This document shows, one piece after another, positions 1-11,384 of a stretch of DNA of 64,000 bases. Made by a program: the position numbers and the translations under genes. Position 1 is the first letter of the stretch; every line of letters begins with the position of its first letter. Source of the stretch: an uncultured Gemmatimonadota bacterium (GTDB lineage: Bacteria; JAAXHH01); assembly GCA_951812955.1 (NCBI GenBank), contig OX638340.1, positions 3,136,001-3,200,000 on the forward strand, written 5' to 3'. The notes beneath the pieces are model-generated. The model worked only from the letters and a program-made list of their open reading frames with translations. It made no database searches and was not told the origin of the DNA.

Positions 1-43
1 GGGGGCCGATCAAAGCCCCTGAAGTCAAACGGATAAACAGGAG

Positions 44-916
44 TTGTCGCAGAACGTGAGCACTTTAACGAAAACCAATTCGACGGCGTCGGAAGACCGG
101 TCTCTCGATCTCTACCTGCAGGAAATCGGCAACGTGCCGCTGTTGATGGCCGAAGAAGAAACCGAGCTGGCCCGGTCGGTCCGGGCCGGCGACCAGAAAG
201 CGCTGGAGAAGCTGGCGTCATCCAATCTCCGGTTCGTGGTCAGCGTCGCCAAGCAGTACCAGAACCAGGGACTTTCCCTGTCCGACCTGATTAATGAAGG
301 AAATATCGGGCTGATCAAGGCGGCCAAGCGATTCGACGAGACCAAGGGCTTCAAGTTCATCTCTTACGCGGTCTGGTGGATTCGCCAGTCCATCCTCCAG
401 GCGCTCGCCGAGCAGTCCCGGATCGTGCGGCTTCCCTTGAGCCGCGTGGGCACCCTCCACAAGATCGGCCGGCTGTCCAGCGAATTCGAACAAGAGTTCG
501 GGCGCGAACCCAGCGCCGAGGAAATCGCTCGGGAGCTGGATATGAAACCCGGCGACGTGAAAGACACGATGCGCATCGCGAGCCGCCACGTATCGCTGGA
601 CGCGCCGCTCAAATCGGGTGAAGACAACAGGTTGCTTGATCTCATCGAGGATGATGAACAGGATGCGCCGGACGAAGCCCTCATGGTGGATGCGCTGAAA
701 GAAGAGATCTTCCGGGCGCTCGGATCCCTGACTAAGCGGGAAGCGGCCGTGATCGCCTTGTATTTCGGCATCAACATGGAAAAGTCCTATACCCTGGAGG
801 AGATCGGATCGCGGTTCAGTCTCACGAGGGAACGCGTGCGCCAGATCAAGGAAAAGGCGCTGCGCAGGCTACGCCACGTTTCCAGAAGCCAGAAGCTTCG
901 GGCCTATCTGAACTGA
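44..916 (+). CDS. rpoD: RNA polymerase sigma-70 factor, short RpoD/SigA type lacking region 1.1
   Basis: Regions 2-4 motifs present ([74 protein letters not shown]). TTG start at 44 or GTG at 56. In-frame stop at 20-22 bounds the ORF. Confidence 0.85.
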   Translation: MSQNVSTLTKTNSTASEDRSLDLYLQEIGNVPLLMAEEETELARSVRAGDQKALEKLASSNLRFVVSVAKQYQNQGLSLSDLINEGNIGLIKAAKRFDETKGFKFISYAVWWIRQSILQALAEQSRIVRLPLSRVGTLHKIGRLSSEFEQEFGREPSAEEIARELDMKPGDVKDTMRIASRHVSLDAPLKSGEDNRLLDLIEDDEQDAPDEALMVDALKEEIFRALGSLTKREAAVIALYFGINMEKSYTLEEIGSRFSLTRERVRQIKEKALRRLRHVSRSQKLRAYLN

Positions 917-1015
917 TTGATCCCCATCCGTGACGCGGCGGGACCCATCCCCGGGATCCCGCCGGTCATCCGCTCGCGACGGCGCCGCACCGGCCGCCGG
1001 GGCGCGGAGACGGAA

Positions 1016-1924
1016 ATGCTTCGAAGAAGATTGGTCTCAATCATACATATGCCGTCAAGTGCGCGGGACGATCAGCGGGAGTACGGCCTGTTGTCGATCC
1101 TGGCCTGCATCGCCATACTGGCGCTTCTGATGCTGGGGGGATGGCATTTCGCCGCGTCCCATGTGATTGCCCTGCTGGACGAAAGGGCCCTGATTGAACG
1201 GGAAAGGGAAAACAACCGGCTGCAGTCCCAGTTGCAGGCCCTGCATGAATTGGACGGCGCGCTCGAATCGCAGATCCTGACCCTGTCGGAGCGTGCGTCC
1301 GACATTGGCAAGATCGTGCATGGAGCCGATGTGCCCGGCACGGTCGCCGGCCCAGACAAGCCCCCTGGGTCCCAGGCATCTTTCGAATGGTCCGAATCGC
1401 CCGATGCGGCCATAGGCAGGATCGGCGGAAGGATCGACCGGATGCTGGCCGAAACCCGTGCGGAACTGACCAGCCTGCGTACCATCGAAGCAGAGGCAGG
1501 CACCGACGAGACATACTGGCTCGGCGTCCCTGTCGTCTTGCCGGTGCGCGGTCCCGTCTCGAGATCCTTCGGGTCTTCGCGCAACCTGTTGAGCGACGAC
1601 CAGCGCGTGCACGGCGGCCTGGACATCGCCGCGAACAAGGACGAACCGGTACGGGCGACTGCTAACGGAGTGGTTTCGAGGACCGGTGTGAACGCAAGCC
1701 TTGGCCGGTATGTGGACATCGATCACCAGAACGGGTACGTCACGCGGTACGGCCACCTTTCCGACGTGCTTGTCGAAAGAAGGAAACGGGTGGAGCGCGG
1801 GGAGGTCATCGGACGGGTCGGTCAGACAGGAAAGACCAGCGGATACCACATACATTACGAGGTCCATTACGAAGGCCGCATACTCGATCCGTCGGCCTGG
1901 TTGTTCCCCGCCCGGGGCCTTTAA
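1016..1924 (+). CDS. M23/LytM family metalloendopeptidase with N-terminal TM helix and coiled coil
   Basis: HxxxD (VHGGLDIA) and HxH (YHIHYEV) zinc-site motifs. TM segment LLSILACIAILALLMLGGW. ORF is open from 917; internal ATG at 1016 chosen as start. Confidence 0.8.
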   Translation: MLRRRLVSIIHMPSSARDDQREYGLLSILACIAILALLMLGGWHFAASHVIALLDERALIERERENNRLQSQLQALHELDGALESQILTLSERASDIGKIVHGADVPGTVAGPDKPPGSQASFEWSESPDAAIGRIGGRIDRMLAETRAELTSLRTIEAEAGTDETYWLGVPVVLPVRGPVSRSFGSSRNLLSDDQRVHGGLDIAANKDEPVRATANGVVSRTGVNASLGRYVDIDHQNGYVTRYGHLSDVLVERRKRVERGEVIGRVGQTGKTSGYHIHYEVHYEGRILDPSAWLFPARGL

Positions 1925-2070
1925 CCTGCGGCCGGTTGCGGAAGAAACCGCAAGAAATAGTTTGACACGAGGCGCGATCCGCTTCATTTTGTGTGTCACA
2001 TCGTCGCGGTAAGTGTTTATATCGTATTGATGAAGATTTCAGGGTCAACTTGTAACGGGAATCAGGGATT

Positions 2071-2949
2071 TTGATAAGAAACCGAATGCCGACCGGGCTC
2101 ATGGTCTTGCATTTCGGGGATATAACGGTTCGTATACCCGGACTGCCGATTGCTGTCATGCTGGGCGTGCTGGTCATGGTAACGGGCGTCGTATACGTCG
2201 GCGCGCGGTCATGGGTGGCCGAGTACAGGCATGAAAGCATGCGGGAAGAGATCGCGATCCTGGAACAGTCCAGCCGATCGAGCAGGGACAGGCTGGATTC
2301 GCTCATAGCATCGGAAGAGTCCGCCCGGTTGATTTCGGGGCTTCCAAGCATCCATCCGGACGTTCGCCAGGTAGGTGTGGGTGGACGGACCGAGATGCCG
2401 GATCCGGGTCTCGGTCACGATTCGCCCTTCTACCGGGCTTCCAGATTGTACTCCGAGATGGAAACCTCGAAACGGATGTCCAGCCTTTCGCTCAAGAGCA
2501 TGGAGGATATCGAGCGGCAGATCCGGGAAGTCGACGACCGCTGGCAGTTCGTACCTTCGATTACTCCGGTGACCGGCGTGATAACCAGCCGGTACGGACC
2601 GAGGAACGATCCCTTCACCGGTCTGTACGCCATGCACAGTGGAATCGATATCGCCGCGGCCCCGGGAACGCCGGTCAGTTCTCCGGCCAGTGGCGTCGTG
2701 ATCAAGACCGGTGTGGACTCCCGGTACGGCCTGTACATAGACGTGGACCACCAGAACGGATACAGGACCCGCTTCGGTCATCTTTCCACCATCCTGGTGA
2801 AGAAGGGCATGGAACTGCAGCGCGGAGATATCATCGGCCAGGTAGGTATGACGGGAAGAGCCAACGGATATCACCTGCACTACGAGATTCAGAAGGACGG
2901 CAGACGCGTCAACCCCATAAAGTACATCCGGTCCGAAAACGACTGCTGA
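2071..2949 (+). CDS. M23/LytM family metalloendopeptidase, paralog of the gene at 1016..1924
   Basis: AMHSGIDIAA and YHLHYEI motifs. Same TM + coiled-coil + M23 layout as the upstream gene. Confidence 0.8.
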   Translation: MIRNRMPTGLMVLHFGDITVRIPGLPIAVMLGVLVMVTGVVYVGARSWVAEYRHESMREEIAILEQSSRSSRDRLDSLIASEESARLISGLPSIHPDVRQVGVGGRTEMPDPGLGHDSPFYRASRLYSEMETSKRMSSLSLKSMEDIERQIREVDDRWQFVPSITPVTGVITSRYGPRNDPFTGLYAMHSGIDIAAAPGTPVSSPASGVVIKTGVDSRYGLYIDVDHQNGYRTRFGHLSTILVKKGMELQRGDIIGQVGMTGRANGYHLHYEIQKDGRRVNPIKYIRSENDC

Positions 2950-2977
2950 ACCGTACGGACCACGAAATTCGATTGGA

Positions 2978-3008
2978 GGCAGGAGCGTAGTTCACTCCTG
3001 CCTTTTTC
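2978..3008 (+). terminator. Rho-independent terminator after the second M23 gene
   Basis: GGCAGGAG-cgtagttca-CTCCTGCC stem-loop followed by TTTTT. Confidence 0.6.
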
Positions 3009-3162
3009 ATATCTGTGCCGCGACCGTCTTCCGGTTGTTTTCCCCTTAACGTCAGCATAGCCACCCATACCCGCAGGCAATCTGCCGCCGTGTCGGTCGT
3101 CCCCTGAATTCCGCCGGGCGCCCGGTGGCGCGTGCCGGCCGGGAAGGGGCGAGGGCCGATCG

Positions 3163-3888
3163 ATGTTCCGACAGGACTACATCATGAGAACCATCCGTGT
3201 TTTCATCGATGCGATGATCCTGTTGATCCGGTCGCGCCGCGACCAGGACTATCACCGAGCCCGTTCGATCATCGCCCAGACCTGGGAAGACATATTCGGC
3301 CTGTCCACGGCGTCCGTCATGGCGCTGTCCGAACGCACCCTGCTTTCCATGTTGATGAAACGAAGTGGAGGGGCTGTAGACACCGCGCTGATGGCCGCGC
3401 GCCTGTTCAAGGAAGATGGAACGCTGGCCCTGTCGGACGGACAGGAGGACGACGGCCGCATCCTGTACCTCAAGGCCCTCAACTGTTACCTTGAAATCGC
3501 CGTGGAACCGACCATCGGCACGGAAGACTTTCGCTGGATCAGCGAAGACATAAGCTCCACCGGTCTCGTAACGGACCCCCACGAAGCGATCGGCGAACTG
3601 CTGGGTCTCCTCGAGAACGCGGATCTGCCCGTGTCTACTTCGATGCTGCTGTTCAGGTACTTCGAACGGTATGGCAAGTACGCCAGGGCCGAAGACATCC
3701 TGTTTCAAGTCATGGACGGTATCCCGGCCGTGCCTGAAATCGCCCGACTCGGCCTCGCGTTCTACGATCGGCTTGAATCCATGGGGGACGACTGCCTGGA
3801 ACGGGGCGGACTGCCCCGCGATGAGGTCCGTGAAGGACGGGAACAACTGAGGCAACGGATACACCGCGCCGGGTATGTTTTTGATTGA
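3163..3888 (+). CDS. hypothetical protein
   Basis: 241-aa ORF with plausible L/E/D-rich composition. Stop overlaps the next ORF. No motif recognised. Confidence 0.4.
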   Translation: MFRQDYIMRTIRVFIDAMILLIRSRRDQDYHRARSIIAQTWEDIFGLSTASVMALSERTLLSMLMKRSGGAVDTALMAARLFKEDGTLALSDGQEDDGRILYLKALNCYLEIAVEPTIGTEDFRWISEDISSTGLVTDPHEAIGELLGLLENADLPVSTSMLLFRYFERYGKYARAEDILFQVMDGIPAVPEIARLGLAFYDRLESMGDDCLERGGLPRDEVREGREQLRQRIHRAGYVFD

Positions 3889-3950
3889 CGGTACCGCGCC
3901 GGACTTATAGATTAGCGGAATCTGAAAAACCTGTAAGAAGACGGGGATTT

Positions 3951-5330
3951 ATGGTCACGGAAAGCACGGACAGGATAGTCCTGGAACCACCCGCGCCGTC
4001 TGCCGCGGTACAGGCGCGATCGCTGTACGTGGAGACCTACGGCTGCCAGATGAATAAGGCGGATTCCGAGTTGATCGTGGGGCTGCTCACACGCGAGGGG
4101 TACCGCGTAACCGACCGGGTCGACCGGGCCGACGTGATCCTGGTAAACACCTGCGCCATTCGTGAGAACGCGGAGCAGCGGGTACTCGGGCGCATGTCCG
4201 AACTGAACCGGTTCAAGACGGCCAATCCCGACCTGATCCTGGGACTCTGCGGTTGCATGTCCCAACACCTCGGCGACCGGATCATCGAGCAAGCACCCTA
4301 TATCGACCTGGTCGCGGGTCCCGACAATTACCGGCGCCTGCCGACCATGCTTCGAGCACTGGACGCGGAAAGCGAACCGGCGCTGAGCCTGACCTGGGAC
4401 CGGGCCGAACACTATCTCGACATCGATCCCGTCAGGGAAGCCGGCGTAAACGGCTGGGTTACGATCATGCGCGGCTGCGACAAGATGTGCGCCTTCTGCA
4501 TCGTTCCTTTCGTGCGCGGCCGGGAGCGCAGCACGCCCCACGGCGAAGTGATCCGCCAGATCGAGCGCCTCGCGGCGGAAGGATACCGGGAAGTAACGAT
4601 GCTCGGCCAGACGGTGAACAAGTACCGGGACGGCGAGGTCGACTTCGCGGACCTGCTTTCCCGGGCGGCGGAAATCGACGGCATCGCGCGCATCCGGTTC
4701 ACATCGCCCCACCCGGCACATTTCCCGGAACGTTTGATCGAGGTCATGGCGGCTTCCCCGAAGGTCTGTCCCCATACGCACCTTCCGCTGCAGTCCGGCG
4801 CGTCGACGACCCTGTCCCGCATGCGGCGGGACTATACCCCGGAAACGTTTCTTGAGGTGGTCCGCATGCTCCGGGAGCACATTCCCCGGATCGCCCTGAC
4901 GACGGACGTCATCGTGGGATTCTGTGGCGAGACGGAAGAAGAATACGAGGCGACCTGCGAGATGATGCGCACCGTGCAGTTCGACAGCGCTTTCATGTTC
5001 AAGTATTCTCCGCGCCCAGGGACGGCTTCCCATAAACGGCTGCCCGACGACGTGCCCGAAGCTGTAAAGGCCGAAAGGCTGACAGCCATCATCGACATGC
5101 AGAAATCGATCTCCGATCTCCGGAACCGTGCGTACAGGGGACAGATCGTGCATGTGCTTGTAGAGGGCCAGTCCAAACGCGACGCAGATAAGCTCTTCGG
5201 CAAGACGGACGCCTTCAAGACCGCCGTGTTTCCCCGGAGGCCGGGCATCGAATCCAACATGATCGTTCCCGTGCGCGTCAACGGTTCCACACCCTTCACG
5301 CTGTTCGGAGACATCGAAACGCCGGCATAG
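3951..5330 (+). CDS. miaB: tRNA-i6A37 methylthiotransferase MiaB (radical SAM)
   Basis: N-terminal MTTase cysteines (YVETYGCQMN, VNTCAIRE, CGCM). Radical-SAM CAFCIVPFVRG. C-terminal TRAM domain. ORF is open from 3885; ATG at 3951 gives a typical length. Confidence 0.85.
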   Translation: MVTESTDRIVLEPPAPSAAVQARSLYVETYGCQMNKADSELIVGLLTREGYRVTDRVDRADVILVNTCAIRENAEQRVLGRMSELNRFKTANPDLILGLCGCMSQHLGDRIIEQAPYIDLVAGPDNYRRLPTMLRALDAESEPALSLTWDRAEHYLDIDPVREAGVNGWVTIMRGCDKMCAFCIVPFVRGRERSTPHGEVIRQIERLAAEGYREVTMLGQTVNKYRDGEVDFADLLSRAAEIDGIARIRFTSPHPAHFPERLIEVMAASPKVCPHTHLPLQSGASTTLSRMRRDYTPETFLEVVRMLREHIPRIALTTDVIVGFCGETEEEYEATCEMMRTVQFDSAFMFKYSPRPGTASHKRLPDDVPEAVKAERLTAIIDMQKSISDLRNRAYRGQIVHVLVEGQSKRDADKLFGKTDAFKTAVFPRRPGIESNMIVPVRVNGSTPFTLFGDIETPA

Positions 5331-5433
5331 CGAATTGCCCCGCCCCGTCGCGGACGAATCGCCCGCGGAAGACGGTCGAACAAGAATGAAAACGGGCGAA
5401 CCGTAGTCGAACAGGAAAGGAAGCCTATACCCT

Positions 5434-6285
<852 letters not shown>

Positions 6286-6305
6286 GGGCAGCCCCTGGAG
6301 GTAAA

Positions 6306-7436
6306 ATGGCGCGAACGGGAAGAGCGGCGATACTGGACGGGGAAAAAGGGAACTTCACGGTCGGCGAGGCGGTGGTCCCCGATCCGGGGCCGGGCGAGTT
6401 GCTCGTCAGGCAGACCATGTGCGGCGTGTGCGGCACGGACGTGCACATCTACAACGGCCACATGCGGCGCAAGGCCTTCCCGCTAGTGTTGGGCCATGAA
6501 ATCGTCGGCGTGATCGAAAAACTGGGACCAGGCGTCGACTCGGACGCGATGGACAAACCGGTAAGAGAGGGCGATCTCATCGCCGTAATCCCCGGGCAAC
6601 AGTGCGGGTCCTGCTATTTCTGCGCGGTGGTCCGGGAGCCCGGACTCTGTCCCAACGTGCTGGCCTACGGATTCCGGCCCTATGCCGACACCAAGCCCCA
6701 CTTCCAGGGCGGGTACGCGGAATACGTCCTGCTGAACATCCCACGCAGCAAGTTCCTGAAGGTAAGTTCGCCGCCAGAAATCGCCGTCCTGCTCGAACCC
6801 TTCACCGTCGGTCTCCATTTCGCCGAAAAGGCGCAGATGAAACTCGGGTCCACAGCGGTGATCCAGGGCGCCGGGGCCATCGGTCTTTTCAGCCTCGCGG
6901 CGGCCATCGAGGCCGGCGCGCACCGCACCATCGTCGTAGGCGCACCGGCGTCCCGGCTGGAACTGGCGACGGCCTTCGGCGCCGACGTGACCATTAATAT
7001 CGAGGAAGTGCCGGACGCGCAGGAACGTATCGAAATGGTCAAGGCGGAAACGCCGGGCGGGCACGGCGCCGACGTGGTCTTCGAATGCACGGGCGTGCCA
7101 CCGGCCATCCCGGAGGGCGTGGAAATGCTGCGAAGGGGTGGCACCTACGTGGAAGGCGGTCATTTCACCGACGCGGGCGACGTCCGCATGAACCCCTTCA
7201 ACCACTTCGTGTTCCGCCACATTACCCTCGTGGGCGTCTGGGCCAGCAACATCTCCCACTTCGTCCGCGGCCTGCCCATCCTCGAGTCCGGCCGCTATCC
7301 CTTCGAGGAAATGGTGTCCCACACCCTGCCGCTGAGCCGGGTCGGCGAGGCCATCGACGCCCTGTCCACCAATTACCGGCTTGACGGAGAAGAGGTCCGC
7401 AAGATCGCCATATCGGGGGAAGTGGAGCGCCAATGA
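6306..7436 (+). CDS. Zn-dependent alcohol/polyol dehydrogenase (MDR family)
   Basis: CGVCGTDVHIY, GHEIVGVIE, GAGAIG Rossmann motif. SD GGAGGTAAA before ATG 6306. Confidence 0.8.
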   Translation: MARTGRAAILDGEKGNFTVGEAVVPDPGPGELLVRQTMCGVCGTDVHIYNGHMRRKAFPLVLGHEIVGVIEKLGPGVDSDAMDKPVREGDLIAVIPGQQCGSCYFCAVVREPGLCPNVLAYGFRPYADTKPHFQGGYAEYVLLNIPRSKFLKVSSPPEIAVLLEPFTVGLHFAEKAQMKLGSTAVIQGAGAIGLFSLAAAIEAGAHRTIVVGAPASRLELATAFGADVTINIEEVPDAQERIEMVKAETPGGHGADVVFECTGVPPAIPEGVEMLRRGGTYVEGGHFTDAGDVRMNPFNHFVFRHITLVGVWASNISHFVRGLPILESGRYPFEEMVSHTLPLSRVGEAIDALSTNYRLDGEEVRKIAISGEVERQ

Positions 7437-8191
7437 AATTCAAACTGGGATTCAGCGGATTGAGGTGGACGACCCCCGACCTGGATGAGATTCTGGGGCA
7501 GCTGAAGGAAACCGGCTGGGATGGCTGGGAGATCCGCCAGTCGCTGGACTGGCTCGGATCGGCCAGCCGGGTGAAGGCCATTTCGGACCGTGCGGGCGTC
7601 GCGGTCGCCGTGGTCACTGGAATCGGCATTTCCCTCGACGGGGACCACGAAATGAAGGAACGCAACAAGCGCCGGATCGACTTCGCCGCCGACGTGGAGG
7701 CCGACACCTTCATGTTCATGGGCGCCGGGCGTCCCTACGGACGCTCCTCCACTCCGGACGACATCCGGGCCCTGGCGGATCTGTCCGACGAATTCGCCGA
7801 CTACGCATCGCAGTACGACCTGGACGTGTGCTACCACATCCACACGAGCACCACGGTCGATTCCCGCGAAGAGTGGGAACTGCTCATGCGCCTGATGAAG
7901 CGGGCGAAACTCTGTATCGACGTATCCCATTCAGCCTTCTGGCACTACGATCCCGCCCAGTCCATCCGCGATTTCAGGGACCGGCTGGTCTACGTGCACC
8001 TTCAGGATTACAAGGATTACCGCTTCGTCGAGCTCGGAGACGGGGGGTTGCTCGATTTTGGCGCAGCCATGAAGTCGCTGGAGGAGATCGGTTACGACCG
8101 GTGGGTGACCGTGTGTCCCAGCCAGACGGACCTGCCCGACATCGAGAAGATGCGGCGGGAACGCGCTTACCTGCGCAAACTGGGGTATTGA
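7433..8191 (+). CDS. sugar phosphate isomerase/epimerase (xylose-isomerase-like TIM barrel)
   Basis: ATGA overlap with the ADH stop. Family-typical length and composition. Assigned by overall similarity. Confidence 0.65.
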   Translation: MKFKLGFSGLRWTTPDLDEILGQLKETGWDGWEIRQSLDWLGSASRVKAISDRAGVAVAVVTGIGISLDGDHEMKERNKRRIDFAADVEADTFMFMGAGRPYGRSSTPDDIRALADLSDEFADYASQYDLDVCYHIHTSTTVDSREEWELLMRLMKRAKLCIDVSHSAFWHYDPAQSIRDFRDRLVYVHLQDYKDYRFVELGDGGLLDFGAAMKSLEEIGYDRWVTVCPSQTDLPDIEKMRRERAYLRKLGY

Positions 8192-8198
8192 AGTCCCG

Positions 8199-9545
8199 CT
8201 ACTTGCCCCGGGATCTTTCCAACACCGCAAGCGCAATGTCCGTGACCCGCTCCGGGTCGCTCGCGATGACCCGAATCATGGGTTCCTTCCCCTCGTCCCC
8301 CAGGTCGTAGACGATATCCGGTACGAACCCCTGCTCCTCGATGACCCGGGCCGTTCCCCATTCGAGGGTCGAACCTTCCCGCGTTTTTGATTCCAGCGGT
8401 TCCTCGTGCCGGTCGAAGGCAGCCACGGACAGGCCCAGTCCCCGGCAGGCGCCGAGGATCGAATCATCGTATCGGATATTCATCACGGATCTCTTGTCCG
8501 GGTCTTTCCGCATGGCGGTAAGGATGATCCGGGCCACGTGGGAGGACGCGCCGAATTCGGGGGGCGCCACGGAACGGACGTCGCGGCGCAGGCGGATGAG
8601 CCGGCCGGGGAAGGCCGCTACGTCGTCCGCCGAACTTGCGCGAGACATTCCCATGCCCAGGTTGCATTGCACTTCGGGAACGAGATCCCCCGCGTGAGCG
8701 TTTTCGAGACGCCGCGCTGCCGCGGTAAGCTGGTCCAGGACCGAGAGGCGTTCGGCGTCGCGGTAGAGTTCGTGGAAGTGCTGGACCGGCCCGTGCCCCC
8801 CGCCCATGGGTAGGGCGTGACGCAGCGCCCCGGTCAGGTAGGTCTTGGCGTCTCTGACGGCTTCGGCCACCGGGACGCCTTTTGCCAGGCCGGCGGCGAT
8901 CGCGGAAGCAAATGTGCAGCCTGTACCGTGGGTGCTTCGCGTATCGATGCGTTCCGATTCAAGCGTTTCGAAGTTCCCGCCGTCGAATAACACGTCTACG
9001 GCCGGTCCTTCGAGGTGCCCGCCCTTGACGACCACGTTGCGCGGCCCCATTTCGAAGAGTCTGCGCGCGACCGTCCGCATCCCGTCCACGTCCGAAGCCT
9101 CGATTCCCGTCAGCGCCCGCGCCTCGTCCAGGTTCGGCGTAATGACCGTGGCAAGGGGGATCAGCCGTTCGATGAGCGTGGATACCGCCTCCGGTTCGAG
9201 CAGCGCGTCGCCGCTCTTGGCGATCATCACCGGGTCCACGACAATAGGGATCTCCGTATATCCCCGCAGCACGTCGGCCACGGCGGCGAGGATATCCGCG
9301 TTGGCCAGCATGCCCGTCTTGATGACCTGGGCGCCGATATCGGTCAGGACGGAATCGATCTGCGCGGCCACCACCTCGGGCGACAGGTTGTGGACCGCCT
9401 GCACGCCGAGGGTGTTCTGCGCCGTGACCGACGTAACGGCGGACATGCCGTAAACGCCGTTTGCCGAGAAGGTCTTGAGATCAGCCTGGATGCCGGCTCC
9501 GCCGCCGGAGTCGGAACCCGCAATGGTGAGTGCTACGGGGATCAT
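8199..9545 (-). CDS. thiDN: bifunctional HMP/HMP-P kinase ThiD fused to ThiN-type thiamine-phosphate synthase (ThiDN)
   Basis: N-terminal ThiD ([37 protein letters not shown]). C-terminal ~180 aa with ThiN motifs ([13 protein letters not shown]...[19 protein letters not shown]). Confidence 0.7.
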   Translation of the reverse strand: MIPVALTIAGSDSGGGAGIQADLKTFSANGVYGMSAVTSVTAQNTLGVQAVHNLSPEVVAAQIDSVLTDIGAQVIKTGMLANADILAAVADVLRGYTEIPIVVDPVMIAKSGDALLEPEAVSTLIERLIPLATVITPNLDEARALTGIEASDVDGMRTVARRLFEMGPRNVVVKGGHLEGPAVDVLFDGGNFETLESERIDTRSTHGTGCTFASAIAAGLAKGVPVAEAVRDAKTYLTGALRHALPMGGGHGPVQHFHELYRDAERLSVLDQLTAAARRLENAHAGDLVPEVQCNLGMGMSRASSADDVAAFPGRLIRLRRDVRSVAPPEFGASSHVARIILTAMRKDPDKRSVMNIRYDDSILGACRGLGLSVAAFDRHEEPLESKTREGSTLEWGTARVIEEQGFVPDIVYDLGDEGKEPMIRVIASDPERVTDIALAVLERSRGK

Positions 9546-9570
9546 TTGCGGTAAATGGCCTGGGGAATCG

Positions 9571-11082
9571 TCAGGTTGACTTAGGTTGGTTTTCGTAGAA
9601 CTTCTTGATCAGGCGGTCCAGGTATTCTCCGGGGTTCCTGATCGCGTCTTCCGTGATCTTCAGTTCCCGGGCCTGGATCAGCTTCAGACCGTGGACGTAA
9701 TCCCTGAAAAGCTCCATTCCCATGCTTTCAGGGGTACTGCCGCGCTGCTCGGCGAGATGCTCCAACGCCGCGGACGCGGCTTCGTCCAACGTGAGGGTTA
9801 TGTCGTGTTCCTCGAAGTACACCTGTAGTTCCTCGGCGGGCTCGGGAGGCGCTTCCGCAAGGGTCCGCTCGAGCTCACGTTCCGGGTTCTCCACCACGGC
9901 CGCCGTCACGTCGAACCGTTTCACCGTACTGGAAGGCAGTTTCTTCTCGAACTTGATCAGGATCCGCTCCATCGTACCGATGAGGCCGCGGGCGCCCGTA
10001 CCCGACCGGTGGGCCCGTTCCGCGATCAGGCGCAACGATTCCTCGTCGAAGTCGACTTCGATGCCGTAGGCCTTGAAGTCAAGCTTCTTGGCGATAATGA
10101 CCGGCCCGTTCGGGTTCCGAAGGATCTGGAAAAGGTCGTCGACACTGAGTTTGTGAAGCACGGCGGTCACCGGCAACCGCCCGATGAATTCCGACTCGAA
10201 GCCGTACTCGATCAGGTCCTCCGCGGTCACGTACGGCAGCCATTCGCCATCCTCCGGCTTTTTCACGCTGTCGCCCTGCCCGAACCCCATAGCCTGCACG
10301 CTCATTCGTTTCCTGATGATCTCTTCCAGGTTGGCAAAGGCGCCGCTGACGATGAACAGGATATTGCGTGTATTGATTCGTTTTCTTTCCACTTTGCCCG
10401 TTTTCTGGAACTGGAGGGCGTTCTCCATCTGAGACGTAAGATCGTGAGGCGCCTGCAGGTCCACGTCCGTTTCTTCCATCAGCTTCAGCAGCGTGCGCTG
10501 CACCCCGGTCCGCGACACGTCCGGTCCCACGGTGTTGCCGGACGAGGCGATCTTGTCGATCTCGTCGATGTAAATAATGCCGTATTCCGCCAGCTTGATG
10601 TTGCCATCGGCCTCGTGGACCAGCGAACGGACCAGTTCGTCCACGTCTCCGCCCACATAGCCTGTTTCACTGAACCGCGTTGCGTCGCCCTTTACGAAAG
10701 GCACGCCGATCTTGCTGGCGATGAGCTTGATGAGGTAGGTCTTCCCAACGCCGGTCGAGCCGATCAGGATGATGTTGTTCTTGATGTTGCCGACCGGTTC
10801 CTTCTCCTCCTGGAGCCGGATCCGGTTGAAGTGGGTGCAGATCTTGGTGGCCAGGATCTCCTTCGCCTCGTCCTGACGGATGACGTACTCGTTCAGGTAG
10901 GCTTCCAGTTCTTCGGGCTTCATGTCGAAGCGGATTTCGGGCAACGGAGTTTCTTCCGCGGGCGGATCCGCGGGGACGCCTTCCTTTTCCGGCTGGGCGA
11001 ACTGCACCTGCGCGCCGTACTTGTTCGAGAAGAAATCTTTCAGGTCCTTCTGTATGTCACCCATGTCGGGGGTCTTTGCCAT
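9571..11082 (-). CDS. ClpX-like AAA+ unfoldase lacking the N-terminal zinc-binding domain
   Basis: Walker [21 protein letters not shown], Walker [11 protein letters not shown], sensor-2 GARGL. No C4 zinc finger. No clpP adjacent. Confidence 0.65.
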   Translation of the reverse strand: MAKTPDMGDIQKDLKDFFSNKYGAQVQFAQPEKEGVPADPPAEETPLPEIRFDMKPEELEAYLNEYVIRQDEAKEILATKICTHFNRIRLQEEKEPVGNIKNNIILIGSTGVGKTYLIKLIASKIGVPFVKGDATRFSETGYVGGDVDELVRSLVHEADGNIKLAEYGIIYIDEIDKIASSGNTVGPDVSRTGVQRTLLKLMEETDVDLQAPHDLTSQMENALQFQKTGKVERKRINTRNILFIVSGAFANLEEIIRKRMSVQAMGFGQGDSVKKPEDGEWLPYVTAEDLIEYGFESEFIGRLPVTAVLHKLSVDDLFQILRNPNGPVIIAKKLDFKAYGIEVDFDEESLRLIAERAHRSGTGARGLIGTMERILIKFEKKLPSSTVKRFDVTAAVVENPERELERTLAEAPPEPAEELQVYFEEHDITLTLDEAASAALEHLAEQRGSTPESMGMELFRDYVHGLKLIQARELKITEDAIRNPGEYLDRLIKKFYENQPKST

Positions 11083-11384
11083 ATGGGGTCGATCCTTTCG
11101 GCAACCTTTATCCGTTCGTACTGAAGCGGGCCTGCTGGCAAAAAGCGCCGGCGCCTGTTCACTAACGCCGCCCGATATGGCGCTAGTGGTACAACCCGGT
11201 AATATAGGTCATCGCGGGCATTCGGGCAAACGCATTTGACATGACGGTTCCGTGCATTGGGCGATTCCTCGCCTGCTGGCATCGCCCATTTCGGTTAAGT
11301 GATCCATCCTGCTAAACTTTCTGACTGACAACCATTGAAAGTTTCGCGGGGTATCGAAAAACCGGTAATAAAGTGGTGAAGGCG

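Noticed and set aside
917-1015. N-terminal 33-aa extension of the first M23 peptidase (ORF opens right after the rpoD stop)
   Set aside because: Arg-rich and unlikely. Internal ATG at 1016 precedes the TM segment. The start remains uncertain.
3052-3864. 270-aa minus-strand ORF opposite the 3163..3888 hypothetical
   Set aside because: R/G/H-rich composition. The plus frame has protein-like composition and coupling to miaB. Both are weak.
10009-11124. 371-aa plus-strand ORF opposite the ClpX-like gene
   Set aside because: The antisense frame lacks motifs. The ClpX-like frame has Walker A/B and sensor motifs.
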